A stretch of DNA of 50,097 nt from a virus (taxonomy: Duplodnaviria; Caudoviricetes): positions 1 through 50,097 of IMG/VR virus record IMGVR_UViG_3300032893_000069. One strand, 5' to 3'. Positions 37,295 through 45,930 of this stretch are shown piece by piece (position 1 is the first letter of the stretch; each line of letters opens with the position of its first letter). A model generated the notes under the pieces. That model was not told where the DNA came from and searched no databases. It worked only from the letters and a program-made list of their open reading frames with translations. The position numbers were made by a program, and so were the translations under genes.

Positions 37295-37732
37295 TTATTC
37301 ACCCCCTCGCTGTACTTGTCCAGAGGGGATACTTACCAGGTCCGAAGTCGTCGTAGGCACATCCACGCCGCTCAACACTTGCAGTTCTCGATCGCCACTT
37401 TGCCACACTGCTTCCCGCACAGCACGCGGCATGATGATGCAACCCTCTGAGGCCGCTCCGGGGTGCTCCCGCGAGTCTCCGTGCATCATAAAGCCCGACC
37501 TGCCAAACATCTCGTTTGATGCGTAGGGCGACAGCGGTATTGCGTAGGGGCCATGCGTAGGCGAGTTCTCAGGCTGGAGGATGAGGTATTTGCCGCACGG
37601 GATGGGTCCTTGATTGGGGAGCATTTGCGCGGCAGGGTCGTTCTTAGCGATACCCAGACCTGAATAGCCTTGCGCCAGTAGCTTACCCGTGGGGTCCAGA
37701 AGTTCTCCGGTGAGTTGGATGTAGGTGAACAT
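37295..37732 (-). CDS. Tlde1/DUF2778-like L,D-transpeptidase-fold peptidoglycan enzyme
   Basis: GYSG...NDP...GPIPCGKY...GRSGFMMHGD...ASEGCII (catalytic His and Cys); the last 13 codons are IS-derived. Confidence 0.8.
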   Translation of the reverse strand: MFTYIQLTGELLDPTGKLLAQGYSGLGIAKNDPAAQMLPNQGPIPCGKYLILQPENSPTHGPYAIPLSPYASNEMFGRSGFMMHGDSREHPGAASEGCIIMPRAVREAVWQSGDRELQVLSGVDVPTTTSDLVSIPSGQVQRGGE

Positions 37733-38400
37733 CACTTGAACTCCAAAACCTCTTGGCTGAGCCGCTTGGCTGCGATCTCGCAATACTTCTCTTCGATTTC
37801 TATGCCGATGGCCTGGCGCCCTAAATCTTTAGCCGCTCGCAGCGTTGTGCCGCTGCCCATGAAGGGGTCGAGGACCTCGAGGCAAATGTCATCGCCCCGC
37901 ATCTGCTGAATACACCATTTCATCAGCGCGACAGGCTTCTGTGTGGGGTGCCAGCGTTCTTGCTCCTCTGCCATAAGGCCAGAGCCGTTATAGCGAAACA
38001 TCTTTACCGACGTCCCGCCCAGATTGGTCCATGCCAGTTCTGCATCACTAAATGACGGCATCGTTTGGCACTTATCCCATACCAGCCACTTGTTTTTCTG
38101 CGGCAGCGCATCGGAGAAATAATTTCCGCCCCAAACAATCACGCTCACGCCGCGATTCCTGCAAAGATCCAGCGTCGACGCATCGGGCCGTACTTTGTCC
38201 CATTCGCCTTCGTATACTCGAGGCTGACGCTTGATGCCATTTCCAAAACCGTCATACCCCTGACTGCCCATTCCATTGGCGCGGTCAATCCCATAGGGCG
38301 GGTCGGTAAGCAGCAAATCGGCAACCTCGAGGCTGGGCAGCACTTCCCTGCAATCCCCGTGGTAGATCGTGATGCCAGCGTGTTGGTAGTAAGGCTTCAT
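37732..38400 (-). CDS. N6-A/N4-C DNA methyltransferase (beta class)
   Basis: TDPPYG, HPTQKP, DPFMGSGTT, GIEIEEKYC. Confidence 0.9.
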   Translation of the reverse strand: MKPYYQHAGITIYHGDCREVLPSLEVADLLLTDPPYGIDRANGMGSQGYDGFGNGIKRQPRVYEGEWDKVRPDASTLDLCRNRGVSVIVWGGNYFSDALPQKNKWLVWDKCQTMPSFSDAELAWTNLGGTSVKMFRYNGSGLMAEEQERWHPTQKPVALMKWCIQQMRGDDICLEVLDPFMGSGTTLRAAKDLGRQAIGIEIEEKYCEIAAKRLSQEVLEFK

Positions 38401-38413
38401 GGAAAATTTAAGT

Positions 38414-38448
38414 AGGGGCCGCTATCACCGCAAGGAGAAACGGCCCCT
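38414..38448 (-). terminator. possible intrinsic terminator or hairpin after the protease gene
   Basis: AGGGGCCG...CGGCCCCT stem followed on the minus strand by an A/T-rich run; the loop is long. Confidence 0.35.
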
Positions 38449-38493
38449 CCCCCCGTTACAAACCTCCTTTCTTGAGAATTTACGAAAGCATCG

Positions 38494-39252
38494 TCACACC
38501 TGCTGCAAGTCCGCCAAGAGAGTCGTTACGTCGAGGCCGCTAGGCGCTGTGCCACTCTGTTTTATCCAGTCCGTTGATACCGCAACCTGAGCCGCTACAG
38601 CATACTTCTGCCAGAACGCCCAGTTTGCGTGGTAGATTGCGCCCCACGATACCACTGTGAAGCCCAAAGCCCCGTAGCCGATCACAAGCACCTGATGGCC
38701 ACCAAGGATGGAAGTATCTGCTTCCGGAGGCTCGCTCCATGATTCGCCAGCGGGAACTTGCATGATGTAGGCGGGAACATCGAACGAAAGCCCGATGCCG
38801 CCGAATGTGGCGATAGCCCACTTGATTTGCTCAATGTCCGTGATGTCAAGGTTTACGTAGCCAGCGATTTTGTCGCCGTACAATCCTGTGGACTTCCAGT
38901 AGGCGAGTGCCGCGTCTGGGTCTGTGCCTTGGTCAGTATTCGGATCACTCGGGTTGTAGCCGGTGATGGCCGAGTAGACCGCGATGATTTGGTCGTCGGT
39001 GAAAGTAGGCGTTGGGTCGCCAGCATGGGCTACGGACTTCCACGCCATAATGTAGTGGAACATCCACGCAATCACGCAGCAACCAAGTCGGTCATTCACC
39101 AGCATTAGCCAAGCGATTGACCGCTCCCACGCCACTTTTGTTGGCGCAATCACGGCTCCCGTCATGTAATGGCCAATGGAAAATGCGAACTTGAATCCGC
39201 GCTTTCTACCTAGCTTTACAGGGCCATGCGTTACGTGAGTGAACTGGTTCAT
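38494..39252 (-). CDS. papain-like (clan CA) cysteine protease
   Basis: NDRLGCCVIA (Cys), GGHQVLVIGY (His), VVSWG. Confidence 0.75.
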   Translation of the reverse strand: MNQFTHVTHGPVKLGRKRGFKFAFSIGHYMTGAVIAPTKVAWERSIAWLMLVNDRLGCCVIAWMFHYIMAWKSVAHAGDPTPTFTDDQIIAVYSAITGYNPSDPNTDQGTDPDAALAYWKSTGLYGDKIAGYVNLDITDIEQIKWAIATFGGIGLSFDVPAYIMQVPAGESWSEPPEADTSILGGHQVLVIGYGALGFTVVSWGAIYHANWAFWQKYAVAAQVAVSTDWIKQSGTAPSGLDVTTLLADLQQV

Positions 39253-39872
39253 GGAAGTTGCTGGGGTAGCGCCGCCAGCGCCTCGTTCACAACTGCGTTG
39301 CTCGTCGGCGTGGTTACGGTGACGTGGTAGGCTTCGCGGATCGCCTTGTGCGTAGCCTTGATGTTTGTGGTGGCTGCCTTATCTGCATGCAACTTCTCTT
39401 CGTCGCTCAGCAGGTCCGCTTTCGCGGCCAGCGGGAGTAGCGCCAGGACTGCTTCGATAGCTGCAATCGCCAGCCCGACTAGGTTCGTAATCTTGGCGAT
39501 GGTTGCGGAATCACTGATACTCAAACCTTGCAGGATGCTGTTGAGGTTCGTGGTGATGAACTGAAATGCCGTCTGGATCTGCTGCAACACCGTGGCACTT
39601 GCGTTCTGGCTAAGGGCAGAGATTAGGCTGGAAAGCGTGCTAAGGGATGCGCTGACGTCAGCCTCGATCTTCTGGATGGCCATTTGCACGCTTGGCGGAA
39701 TCGTCTTGCCGGAAAGCGCAGCAATGAACGCGAACACCGCAGAGATAGCCGCTTGAATGGCCGGCATGAGAGCCTGAACCGCGCCGATCCAAGTAGCCGT
39801 GCACCCACTCAGCAAAAACAGGGCGTTGCACAGCAGGAATACAACCGCAAACTTCTTCCAATTTACCTTCAT
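39249..39872 (-). CDS. helical lipoprotein
   Basis: MKVNWKKFAVVFLLCNALFLLSG|C lipobox; amphipathic and hydrophobic helices. Confidence 0.7.
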   Translation of the reverse strand: MKVNWKKFAVVFLLCNALFLLSGCTATWIGAVQALMPAIQAAISAVFAFIAALSGKTIPPSVQMAIQKIEADVSASLSTLSSLISALSQNASATVLQQIQTAFQFITTNLNSILQGLSISDSATIAKITNLVGLAIAAIEAVLALLPLAAKADLLSDEEKLHADKAATTNIKATHKAIREAYHVTVTTPTSNAVVNEALAALPQQLP

Positions 39873-40179
39873 GTTCGTGATTCTCCTTTGTGTGAGATTT
39901 TACTACTCGGGAATTGAAAAGCTAGGGCCAAATTCGTTCACCGTGGCGGCTCCTTCCGCTGCCAGTCTCGCTCAACGAAAGTAAGCACCGTGGCAGCGAG
40001 GAGGCAGGAAAGTAGTAGACATCCGACGAAGCCAAGCCAGCTTTCGTGAGGGCTTGCTCCGCACCCGTGAGCCACTTCCAGTGACTTGCACTCATCTGCT
40101 GGCTCCGCGTCGTTCGCAATGCTCAACCAGCTTTTAATCGTCTCGCCCAGCGTTCGCATCAGTGCTCCTCTCCGCGCAG

Positions 40180-40446
40180 CTAGTCCATCTCCAGCATGTG
40201 CTCGCAAATTCCGTTGCCATCCGGCGAGCAGCCCTTTGACTGCAAGAGTTTTCTGGTGGCTTCCGTCTCGCTCCAAATGCGTCCCAAGCATTCCGGCGTA
40301 ACTGAGTTGCGCATGGTGCTCGTCTCAATCTCAACTTGCAGGCCGACAATGCTTAGGCAAATCGCACGCTTCCTTGCATCACTTAAGTGCTTCGCGTGAA
40401 ACTTGCACCACTGCTCAGTCGGAGCGATTCTCACTTTCGTTTTCAC
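40180..40446 (-). CDS. hypothetical protein
   Basis: GTG overlaps the upstream stop (GTGA); SD-like purine run. Confidence 0.45.
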   Translation of the reverse strand: MKTKVRIAPTEQWCKFHAKHLSDARKRAICLSIVGLQVEIETSTMRNSVTPECLGRIWSETEATRKLLQSKGCSPDGNGICEHMLEMD

Positions 40447-40745
40447 TTGCTCGCCCCTTCCTGCCCCTGCGCGCCTACGCTCACACCTGATGCCGGATTT
40501 CCAAACGTTCCCCACTTCGCCTTCATCGCCGCAACATACTCACGAACTTTTTTCTGCGTCTTTCCTGAATACCTCGCCGCTTCTTTGGTGTTGCAGGATG
40601 GGCAGGGTATTTCTCCGCCAACTGTGTAAAGCCAGCCATCGCCACTCGGGTCTGCATCACCAGAATCCGCATCCCACAAATAGCCATCAATACAAACAGA
40701 ATCAGGATACTGCGCTCCAAAATCCTGGCCCATGAAGTTACACAT
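40443..40745 (-). CDS. phage hypothetical protein with CPSC motif
   Basis: MCNFMGQDFGAQYPDSVCIDGYLWDADS...PCPSCN; GGAGG SD within a repeat. Confidence 0.6.
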   Translation of the reverse strand: MCNFMGQDFGAQYPDSVCIDGYLWDADSGDADPSGDGWLYTVGGEIPCPSCNTKEAARYSGKTQKKVREYVAAMKAKWGTFGNPASGVSVGAQGQEGASK

Positions 40746-41160
40746 CGCTTGCTCCCTCCTGCGCTCCCCCGCTGACATGCTCCGTATTCACTGTTATCAA
40801 CGCCGAACGCTGGCACCTTGGCTTGCCATTTTTCCCGGAAGGCGAGTAATTCGCATTTGCGTGAGTTCGCTGCTGTAGCTGAAAGTCAATCGGAAGACCT
40901 GTCAGGTGTCGCCCGTAATCCGAAAACACGATGCACAACGCTCTCCACTTCGCATTGCTGTGAGGATTCGCGGGGTTGCCTAATTGCATCGCTTCCCACA
41001 CCTCATCGTCCAGCATGAGTCGCACGTCCACATCGCGCCAGTGAGTTGTTTTCTCCGTGGTAAGTGAAGAGCCTACGTGATAGGCGCACTCGCCAAAGGC
41101 GTCCCATAGGCGCATACCGAACTCGTTTAGTAACATTCCCTGTGGTTGACCGATGCTCAT
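40738..41160 (-). CDS. minimal Pol-beta-fold nucleotidyltransferase
   Basis: YHVGSS...WRDVDVRLML...PIDFQ (GS, DxD, third Asp). Confidence 0.7.
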   Translation of the reverse strand: MSIGQPQGMLLNEFGMRLWDAFGECAYHVGSSLTTEKTTHWRDVDVRLMLDDEVWEAMQLGNPANPHSNAKWRALCIVFSDYGRHLTGLPIDFQLQQRTHANANYSPSGKNGKPRCQRSALITVNTEHVSGGAQEGASDV

Positions 41161-41183
41161 TTTCCCTCCTGCGCTCCCCCGCT
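40753..41183. repeat. 21-bp direct repeat bracketing the nucleotidyltransferase gene
   Basis: TCCCTCCTGCGCTCCCCCGCT at 40753-40773 and 41163-41183. Confidence 0.85.
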
Positions 41184-41432
41184 CGTGGCGGCAGCCTCGC
41201 GTACTTCGTTCAGCCCTGCTAGCCACTCACCAGAAGGTGGATGCGCGACAATGTATTCGAGTGTGGCAACCATTTGCGCTTTCAAGTTTTCATAGCTTTG
41301 CCGCTCGAATTGCAAATCGGCAGCTAAGCTCTTGTTGCTCTCCCGCAGCCGGTCACGCTCGGCCTCCAAAGCCAAAACATATTCCTGCGTAAGTGCTCTC
41401 ACTGGTCCCGCTGTGTGTCCCATTTCGCTCAC
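41157..41432 (-). CDS. hypothetical coiled-coil protein
   Basis: LEAERDRL...; coupled to its neighbours. Confidence 0.5.
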   Translation of the reverse strand: MSEMGHTAGPVRALTQEYVLALEAERDRLRESNKSLAADLQFERQSYENLKAQMVATLEYIVAHPPSGEWLAGLNEVREAAATSGGAQEGK

Positions 41433-41436
41433 CCCC

Positions 41437-41667
41437 TCACCACTTCGGCAGTGGCTCGCTCAAAGATTCCTTCCTTCGCTTGCCACGCGGAGGCACCCAA
41501 GTAAAGATCGGTGACTCCATGTGCCCATCGGTAACGATACTCAATTCGCCAAGCCCCTCTAGGCCCTTTTCCCACCTGCCGACCAACGCCCACGCCTTGC
41601 GTTCGCGGAATGCACGACTCCGCAGCATCAAGTTTTCCCGCGCCTTCGCTGGGTCCTTGTAGGGCAT
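41437..41667 (-). CDS. hypothetical protein with MPYKDP N-terminus
   Basis: ATG overlaps the upstream stop (TGATG). Confidence 0.45.
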   Translation of the reverse strand: MPYKDPAKARENLMLRSRAFRERKAWALVGRWEKGLEGLGELSIVTDGHMESPIFTWVPPRGKRRKESLSEPLPKW

Positions 41668-42005
41668 CAGCGTCCGACTCCCCACCTACGCAGAAACTCT
41701 TTGGCCTCTCCCCGCTCGATCTGCCCGTTAGAGAAGCGTAGCAGCCTAAAACCTTGCATCTGTGCGGTATTCTGCTTAACGTAGTCATCTTCCAAGGCTG
41801 CGCCTCGCTTGTGCCCTTTGCCTCCCGGCCTGACGCCACCATCTGCCTCAATAAGAATGCGTAGGTCGGGCAGGTAGACATCGGCTCTCCACTTTCGGTC
41901 AGGATTAAACTCGACCTCGTACTCAATGCGCAAAGACTTGGACAGTTCCCGTAGATGAATACCCAGCAACACTTGTGCCTCGCTTCTTTTATCTCTTTTT
42001 GGCAC
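41667..42005 (-). CDS. PD-(D/E)xK endonuclease (DUF559/Vsr-like)
   Basis: EVEFNPDRKWRADV...IEADGG...KQNTAQMQGFRLLRF; start estimated. Confidence 0.75.
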   Translation of the reverse strand: MPKRDKRSEAQVLLGIHLRELSKSLRIEYEVEFNPDRKWRADVYLPDLRILIEADGGVRPGGKGHKRGAALEDDYVKQNTAQMQGFRLLRFSNGQIERGEAKEFLRRWGVGR

Positions 42006-42408
42006 GTTTCTTTGCCCATTTCCGATTTCTGATGCGCACACAGAGCTTACAGCACCTATCTCCTCGACGATTCCAATATTCAGTCTTTGCAAAATAATGC
42101 CCCCGGATACAGCGAGTCTTGATGTTGACCATAGATTGAACTTTAGGGGTTGCCCAGCGACAGTTCTTGGGCGTGTAGTTTCCTTTGCTGTTTATCCGAT
42201 CTAGCGTGTGTCCCGCAGGTCGCACGCCCATGTCCGCAAGGAAGTTAACGAAGTCATTCCAACGCTTACAAACCTTTATTCCCTTGCCGCCATACCACTC
42301 CTTGTAACCAGGTGCGCTTGGGTTTTGGCACCGCGACCGCATTGATACCCAACTGCGATACGTCGGAGACATCCAACCGACCCGAGTGTGATTGTGCCTT
42401 ACCCACAT
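41989..42408 (-). CDS. HNH homing endonuclease
   Basis: YRSWVSMRSRC...YGGKGIKVC..W..F..FLADMG..P..TLDRINSKGNYTPKNCRWAT. Confidence 0.85.
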   Translation of the reverse strand: MWVRHNHTRVGWMSPTYRSWVSMRSRCQNPSAPGYKEWYGGKGIKVCKRWNDFVNFLADMGVRPAGHTLDRINSKGNYTPKNCRWATPKVQSMVNIKTRCIRGHYFAKTEYWNRRGDRCCKLCVRIRNRKWAKKRAKKR

Positions 42409-42569
42409 TGGTCGGCCTTCTTTTCGTAGTACCGCGCCAGTGCTGCATTGGACACTTTTACCGCGCACGCTTCGCAGTGGCGGCGACCCGGACGGCGCTT
42501 GACTTTTCCGCATTTCGCGCATAAACCAGCTTTCAGCCGCTTGATCTCCATACGCGCTTGACGTTTCAT
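42399..42569 (-). CDS. basic zinc-finger protein (56 aa, not in ORF track)
   Basis: MKRQARMEIKRLKAGLCAKCGK...HCEAC; begins 6 nt after a -10 box. Confidence 0.6.
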   Translation of the reverse strand: MKRQARMEIKRLKAGLCAKCGKVKRRPGRRHCEACAVKVSNAALARYYEKKADQCG

Positions 42570-42575
42570 GGGCAC

Positions 42576-42644
42576 ACATTACCACACGGCATGGCGTTGT
42601 CAAGTGAAATTTTGCTTGACACGCTTTCTACTTTGTGCCACTAT
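42576..42644. promoter_or_regulatory. divergent sigma70-like promoter pair
   Basis: Minus strand TTGACA-16-TAATGT (42603-42576); plus strand TTGACA-17-CACTAT (42616-42644); coincides with the strand switch. Confidence 0.65.
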
Positions 42645-42662
42645 CCCGCGTGGAGGTGGCAC

Positions 42663-42968
42663 ATGGAACGGTTCGATGAGGAAGTGGAAAAGGCGCTAAT
42701 CAAGGGATTCGACGTTAACGAATACCTGCTGGGCCTCACCAAAGAGCACCCATCCGTAGCAGGTGAGCCGATGGAAAGGGTGCTAGAAAACTGGGATGCT
42801 CGGATCGCTGCCGCACGCGAGTCCCGCGCCATTGAACACGTTGGCGCGGTAGCGCAAGAGCGCAAAGCCTACGAGCTAGTCCAGCAGGCCGAAGCGCACC
42901 TGAAACGCTGCATGGACCACTGGGAAGCGGCCTGCACGCGAGTCCATGAGACTTCCCCGGAGAACTGA
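42663..42968 (+). CDS. hypothetical protein
   Basis: GGAGGT SD before ATG 42663. Confidence 0.55.
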   Translation: MERFDEEVEKALIKGFDVNEYLLGLTKEHPSVAGEPMERVLENWDARIAAARESRAIEHVGAVAQERKAYELVQQAEAHLKRCMDHWEAACTRVHETSPEN

Positions 42969-42970
42969 CC

Positions 42971-43321
42971 GTGAGCGAAGCCACAATCAGAAACGCGGTT
43001 ATCGAATCGGTGAAACTTACCAATGAGGACCACGGGCTACTTTCAGCGTGGCTATTCCTTGATTACGGTGGCTCTGGACAGGGCTTTGGCGGCTACTGCC
43101 TCTATTTGCCGAAGTCCTTCACGCATCACAAACTGGAATCCGTTGCTGGCCATTTCATTTGGCGCGTGATGGAGATTGCTGGCGTGAGCGAGTGGAATCA
43201 GTTGCCCGGAAAAACCATCCGAGTGAAGGCATCACATTCAGGGGTCGAGGGCATAGGCCATATCGTTAAAGACGACTGGTTCTTTCCCAAGCAGGATTTT
43301 GCAAAGGTGGTGGAACCGTGA
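42971..43321 (+). CDS. conserved phage hypothetical protein
   Basis: EDHGLLSAWLFLDYGGSGQGFGGY...IGHIVKDDWF. Confidence 0.6.
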   Translation: MSEATIRNAVIESVKLTNEDHGLLSAWLFLDYGGSGQGFGGYCLYLPKSFTHHKLESVAGHFIWRVMEIAGVSEWNQLPGKTIRVKASHSGVEGIGHIVKDDWFFPKQDFAKVVEP

Positions 43322-43719
43322 GCACGGGAACGCAACTTAAATTGCAGGGCATCGAATCCGCAGCCTCACACCACAAGGTAGACTTGCTGCGTGCGCAGCA
43401 GATCGCGGAGTTCATCGCTGGCTTTCAAGGCACAATCACCGCCGACGATGTACGCGAGGCGTTCAAGGTCCACCAGGGACGCGAGTTGAACATCGGCAAC
43501 GCGATGGGAAGTCTGTTCCCGCGCAAGAAGTGGGTATGCGTTGGCCGCGTGAAGTCCAAGCGGCCTAGTTCCCGCTGCCGTTGGCTCCCGCAGTGGCAGC
43601 TACGCACAGCCTACAAGCCAGCGCCGGAGCCGTTCACGGTAGGCGTGGAGAACGGCGTGAGGTTCTGCCTTACGTGCAATCAAGAAACGGAGAAATGTAC
43701 ATGCCAAAGCTCGTCGTAA
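43318..43719 (+). CDS. hypothetical protein, possible winged-HTH
   Basis: ITADDVRE...NAMGSLF...KSKRPSSR; coupled to its neighbours. Confidence 0.5.
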   Translation: MSTGTQLKLQGIESAASHHKVDLLRAQQIAEFIAGFQGTITADDVREAFKVHQGRELNIGNAMGSLFPRKKWVCVGRVKSKRPSSRCRWLPQWQLRTAYKPAPEPFTVGVENGVRFCLTCNQETEKCTCQSSS

Positions 43720-44006
43720 TCCCTAAACCCAAGTGGCTCTGCTTGAGCGTAGTCGGTGAGCCTAGCGGACATCTTGGGACAATGTATCTACAGAGTGGCC
43801 GCAACGAATTTCTCAGACCGGATTTGCGGTGCTGGGTTATTAAAGACCTGCCGCCCGTGCCTATCAAGGAAATCGCCATCATCGAATGTTCTGGCAGCGA
43901 AGTTCCGCAAGATCACAAGTACCACGGTCGCCTGCTCACGCGAACGGAAATGGAAGAGTTTCAGGAAACGATGAGCATAGGAGAGGCAGAGGACCGCCAG
44001 AAATGA
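43701..44006 (+). CDS. hypothetical protein
   Basis: GGAG SD before ATG 43701; stop overlaps the ERF start. Confidence 0.45.
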   Translation: MPKLVVIPKPKWLCLSVVGEPSGHLGTMYLQSGRNEFLRPDLRCWVIKDLPPVPIKEIAIIECSGSEVPQDHKYHGRLLTRTEMEEFQETMSIGEAEDRQK

Positions 44007-44482
44007 AACTCACGCTTAGCCAGAAGATATTCGCCATCACGCAAAAGTGCTCCACGATTGAGCGCAAGGGCGTAGGCGAGTCCAGCGACCCAAACAAGCC
44101 GCTATATTCCTACGTCAAGATCGAGGACGTGTTGGACGTGGTGAACCCACTGCTAAAGCGGTACAAGCTCATTTTGCAGGGCAGCGTACCCAAAGAGCCG
44201 ATTACGCATGTGAGCAAGTTTGGCGCTGTGACAGAAACGCTGGTCGAGTGGACGTTGACCGACGTGGATAGCGGAGAGACGAAAGTATACCGCGTGCCTG
44301 GCGCTGGCTCGGATGAAGCGGGAAAAGGTATCTACCGCTCACTGACTGGCTCGCGCAAGTACGCGATGGTGCTGATCTTCAATCTAAAGTTTGGCGATGA
44401 GCCGGAAGAGGTGCAACGTGCCACTGATGTTCCCGAAGCCAGAGCGAAAAAAGAAGAAAGAAACGCGAACGGTGAATCGTAG
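44003..44482 (+). CDS. erf: ERF-family single-strand annealing protein
   Basis: YSYVKIEDVLDVVNPLL...GAGSDEAGKGIYRSLTGSRKYAM..FNL..GDEPE. Confidence 0.75.
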   Translation: MKLTLSQKIFAITQKCSTIERKGVGESSDPNKPLYSYVKIEDVLDVVNPLLKRYKLILQGSVPKEPITHVSKFGAVTETLVEWTLTDVDSGETKVYRVPGAGSDEAGKGIYRSLTGSRKYAMVLIFNLKFGDEPEEVQRATDVPEARAKKEERNANGES

Positions 44483-44816
44483 GGATGGGCACGAGTACAT
44501 TTTCGTGGAAGGCATTCTGGACAAGACGCGGATGCGCTTGCAGGTGTACCGTAACGCAGGCGGAGAGGCTGACTGGCTAGATGAGTCGGACCCGAGTAGC
44601 GTTGTTGATCTCAAGCCGGCGACGTGTCAAGGCTGCGTCGAACCGCACGCTATCTCATGGAACGGCGAAGGCGCACCAAAGGGCGAGTGGCACCACAATT
44701 CAAAGTCCAAAGGCGGACGACGCTGCGATTGCCCAGCTTGTTCGCTGTATCTCTGCCGGGAAATTCACGAAGCTAATCGGAACAAAATTATCCCCGTCAG
44801 AAACGTGCAAGCCTAG
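44427..44816 (+). CDS. hypothetical Zn/HNH-like protein
   Basis: MFPKPERKKK...CQGC...WHH...C..C..LC..IH. Confidence 0.45.
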   Translation: MFPKPERKKKKETRTVNRRDGHEYIFVEGILDKTRMRLQVYRNAGGEADWLDESDPSSVVDLKPATCQGCVEPHAISWNGEGAPKGEWHHNSKSKGGRRCDCPACSLYLCREIHEANRNKIIPVRNVQA

Positions 44817-44956
44817 ATGCTGCCGCCAGCATCCCGCGCCTGTGTACTTTGATGGGCCACGCTGCCCTGCTTGCGCGTTTATCAGAGAGATACCGTGCAG
44901 GACTCGGGCAAAGGTTTTCAAGCTAGGCAGAAGATCCGAGAGGGAGAAGCGCACAC

Positions 44957-45130
44957 ATGAGCGACGCGGAAAAGCGGTTAAAAAATCTCACGCTAGAACT
45001 GCAAACCATTGACGTGCTCGCCCAGCACCTAAAGCGCACGCTTGCGCCAGCGCATCCGACAGCCGCGCAGGTTAACGCTGCTCGCTGGCTTGCTCAGACC
45101 ATTGAGCAGATCGTGGAGACGTACCGATGA
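44957..45130 (+). CDS. hypothetical 57-aa protein (not in ORF track)
   Basis: MSDAEKRLKNLTLELQTIDVLAQHL...; GGGAG SD; ATGA overlap downstream. Confidence 0.45.
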   Translation: MSDAEKRLKNLTLELQTIDVLAQHLKRTLAPAHPTAAQVNAARWLAQTIEQIVETYR

Positions 45131-45474
45131 ACGCAGAACAGATGCAGGACGTTGTCGCTCTGTGCAAGTTTGGCGAATACAAGTTCGAGGTATTCGTGGA
45201 CGGGCGCGGCGAGATTTACTTGCAGGCTCACTACTTGGAAAAAGACACGGTGACAGGCAAGCCAGAGTTGCAATCCACGCGTCGATGGTTTCTATCTCCA
45301 CAAATGACGCACAGCGAGATCGTGCAGACGGTTTTCAAATGCGCGATGACAAGCATGGAGCATCGGACGCGGGAATGGTTCCGCTATAAAGACCGCGCAG
45401 TGTTCGGCCCACACTTTAACGTGGAAGCGTTGTGGAGCATCTGCGGGGATGAGCGGAGTTTCGACGCAAGGTGA
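45127..45474 (+). CDS. conserved phage hypothetical protein
   Basis: RRWFLSPQMT.SEIVQT...EHRTREWFRY...FGPH. Confidence 0.6.
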   Translation: MNAEQMQDVVALCKFGEYKFEVFVDGRGEIYLQAHYLEKDTVTGKPELQSTRRWFLSPQMTHSEIVQTVFKCAMTSMEHRTREWFRYKDRAVFGPHFNVEALWSICGDERSFDAR

Positions 45475-45477
45475 GCC

Positions 45478-45693
45478 ATGCCCGAGCACTACACTCGGAA
45501 CACGCTAGAGTGTACCGTCTACTGCAAACGCTGCGGCAAGGACACGCAGCACCGCGTAGACGGCGGAAGGCGCGGCCCATGCTTGGAGTGTATCAAGCGG
45601 CTAGAACTGCAAAACGAATTCGAACGGATCAAGAAGGGCATCGAAGAAGAAGAACGGCAAACACGCGAGAAACAAAACCCTAAGCTATTTTGA
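45478..45693 (+). CDS. zinc-ribbon protein
   Basis: YCKRCGKDTQH...CLEC. Confidence 0.5.
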   Translation: MPEHYTRNTLECTVYCKRCGKDTQHRVDGGRRGPCLECIKRLELQNEFERIKKGIEEEERQTREKQNPKLF

Positions 45694-45832
45694 GCGTAGC
45701 AAGCAGGCATCCCACACAGCATCATCGCTAGGCCGCTTGGCTTCCAGCCACAGCACGCGGAAGGCGTTCGCAAGACCTACCAGAGCCAAAAGTAAACTGA
45801 GCATGTCCTAGAGCCTCCCAAACGCGAAAAGT

Positions 45833-45854
45833 GCGCCAGCTTGCCTACTGGCGC
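45833..45854 (-). terminator. intrinsic terminator for leftward transcription (putative)
   Basis: GCGCCAG-loop-CTGGCGC followed by ACTTTT on the minus strand, near the convergence point. Confidence 0.5.
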
Positions 45855-45930
45855 GTGACGGTTGATTAGGCCGAAGGCTTGCAGCCCGGAGAGCCACCCA
45901 GGACGGGTAGCAGAGAGGCCGCGAAGATCG

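Larger units (their letters stand above)
35432..37337 (+). mobile_element. IS1595-family element carrying passenger genes (1,906 bp)
   Basis: Terminal inverted repeats GGTAATTATCCCTTGACAACAAGTA and GGTAAGTATCCCCTCTGGACAAGTA (19/25 identical); 8-bp target duplication AGGTCCGA at 35424-35431 and 37338-37345. Confidence 0.9.

Noticed and set aside
37288-37303. AAGGCATTATTCACC as the IS right end
   Set aside because: A better inverted repeat ends at 37337 and is followed by the exact 8-bp target duplication
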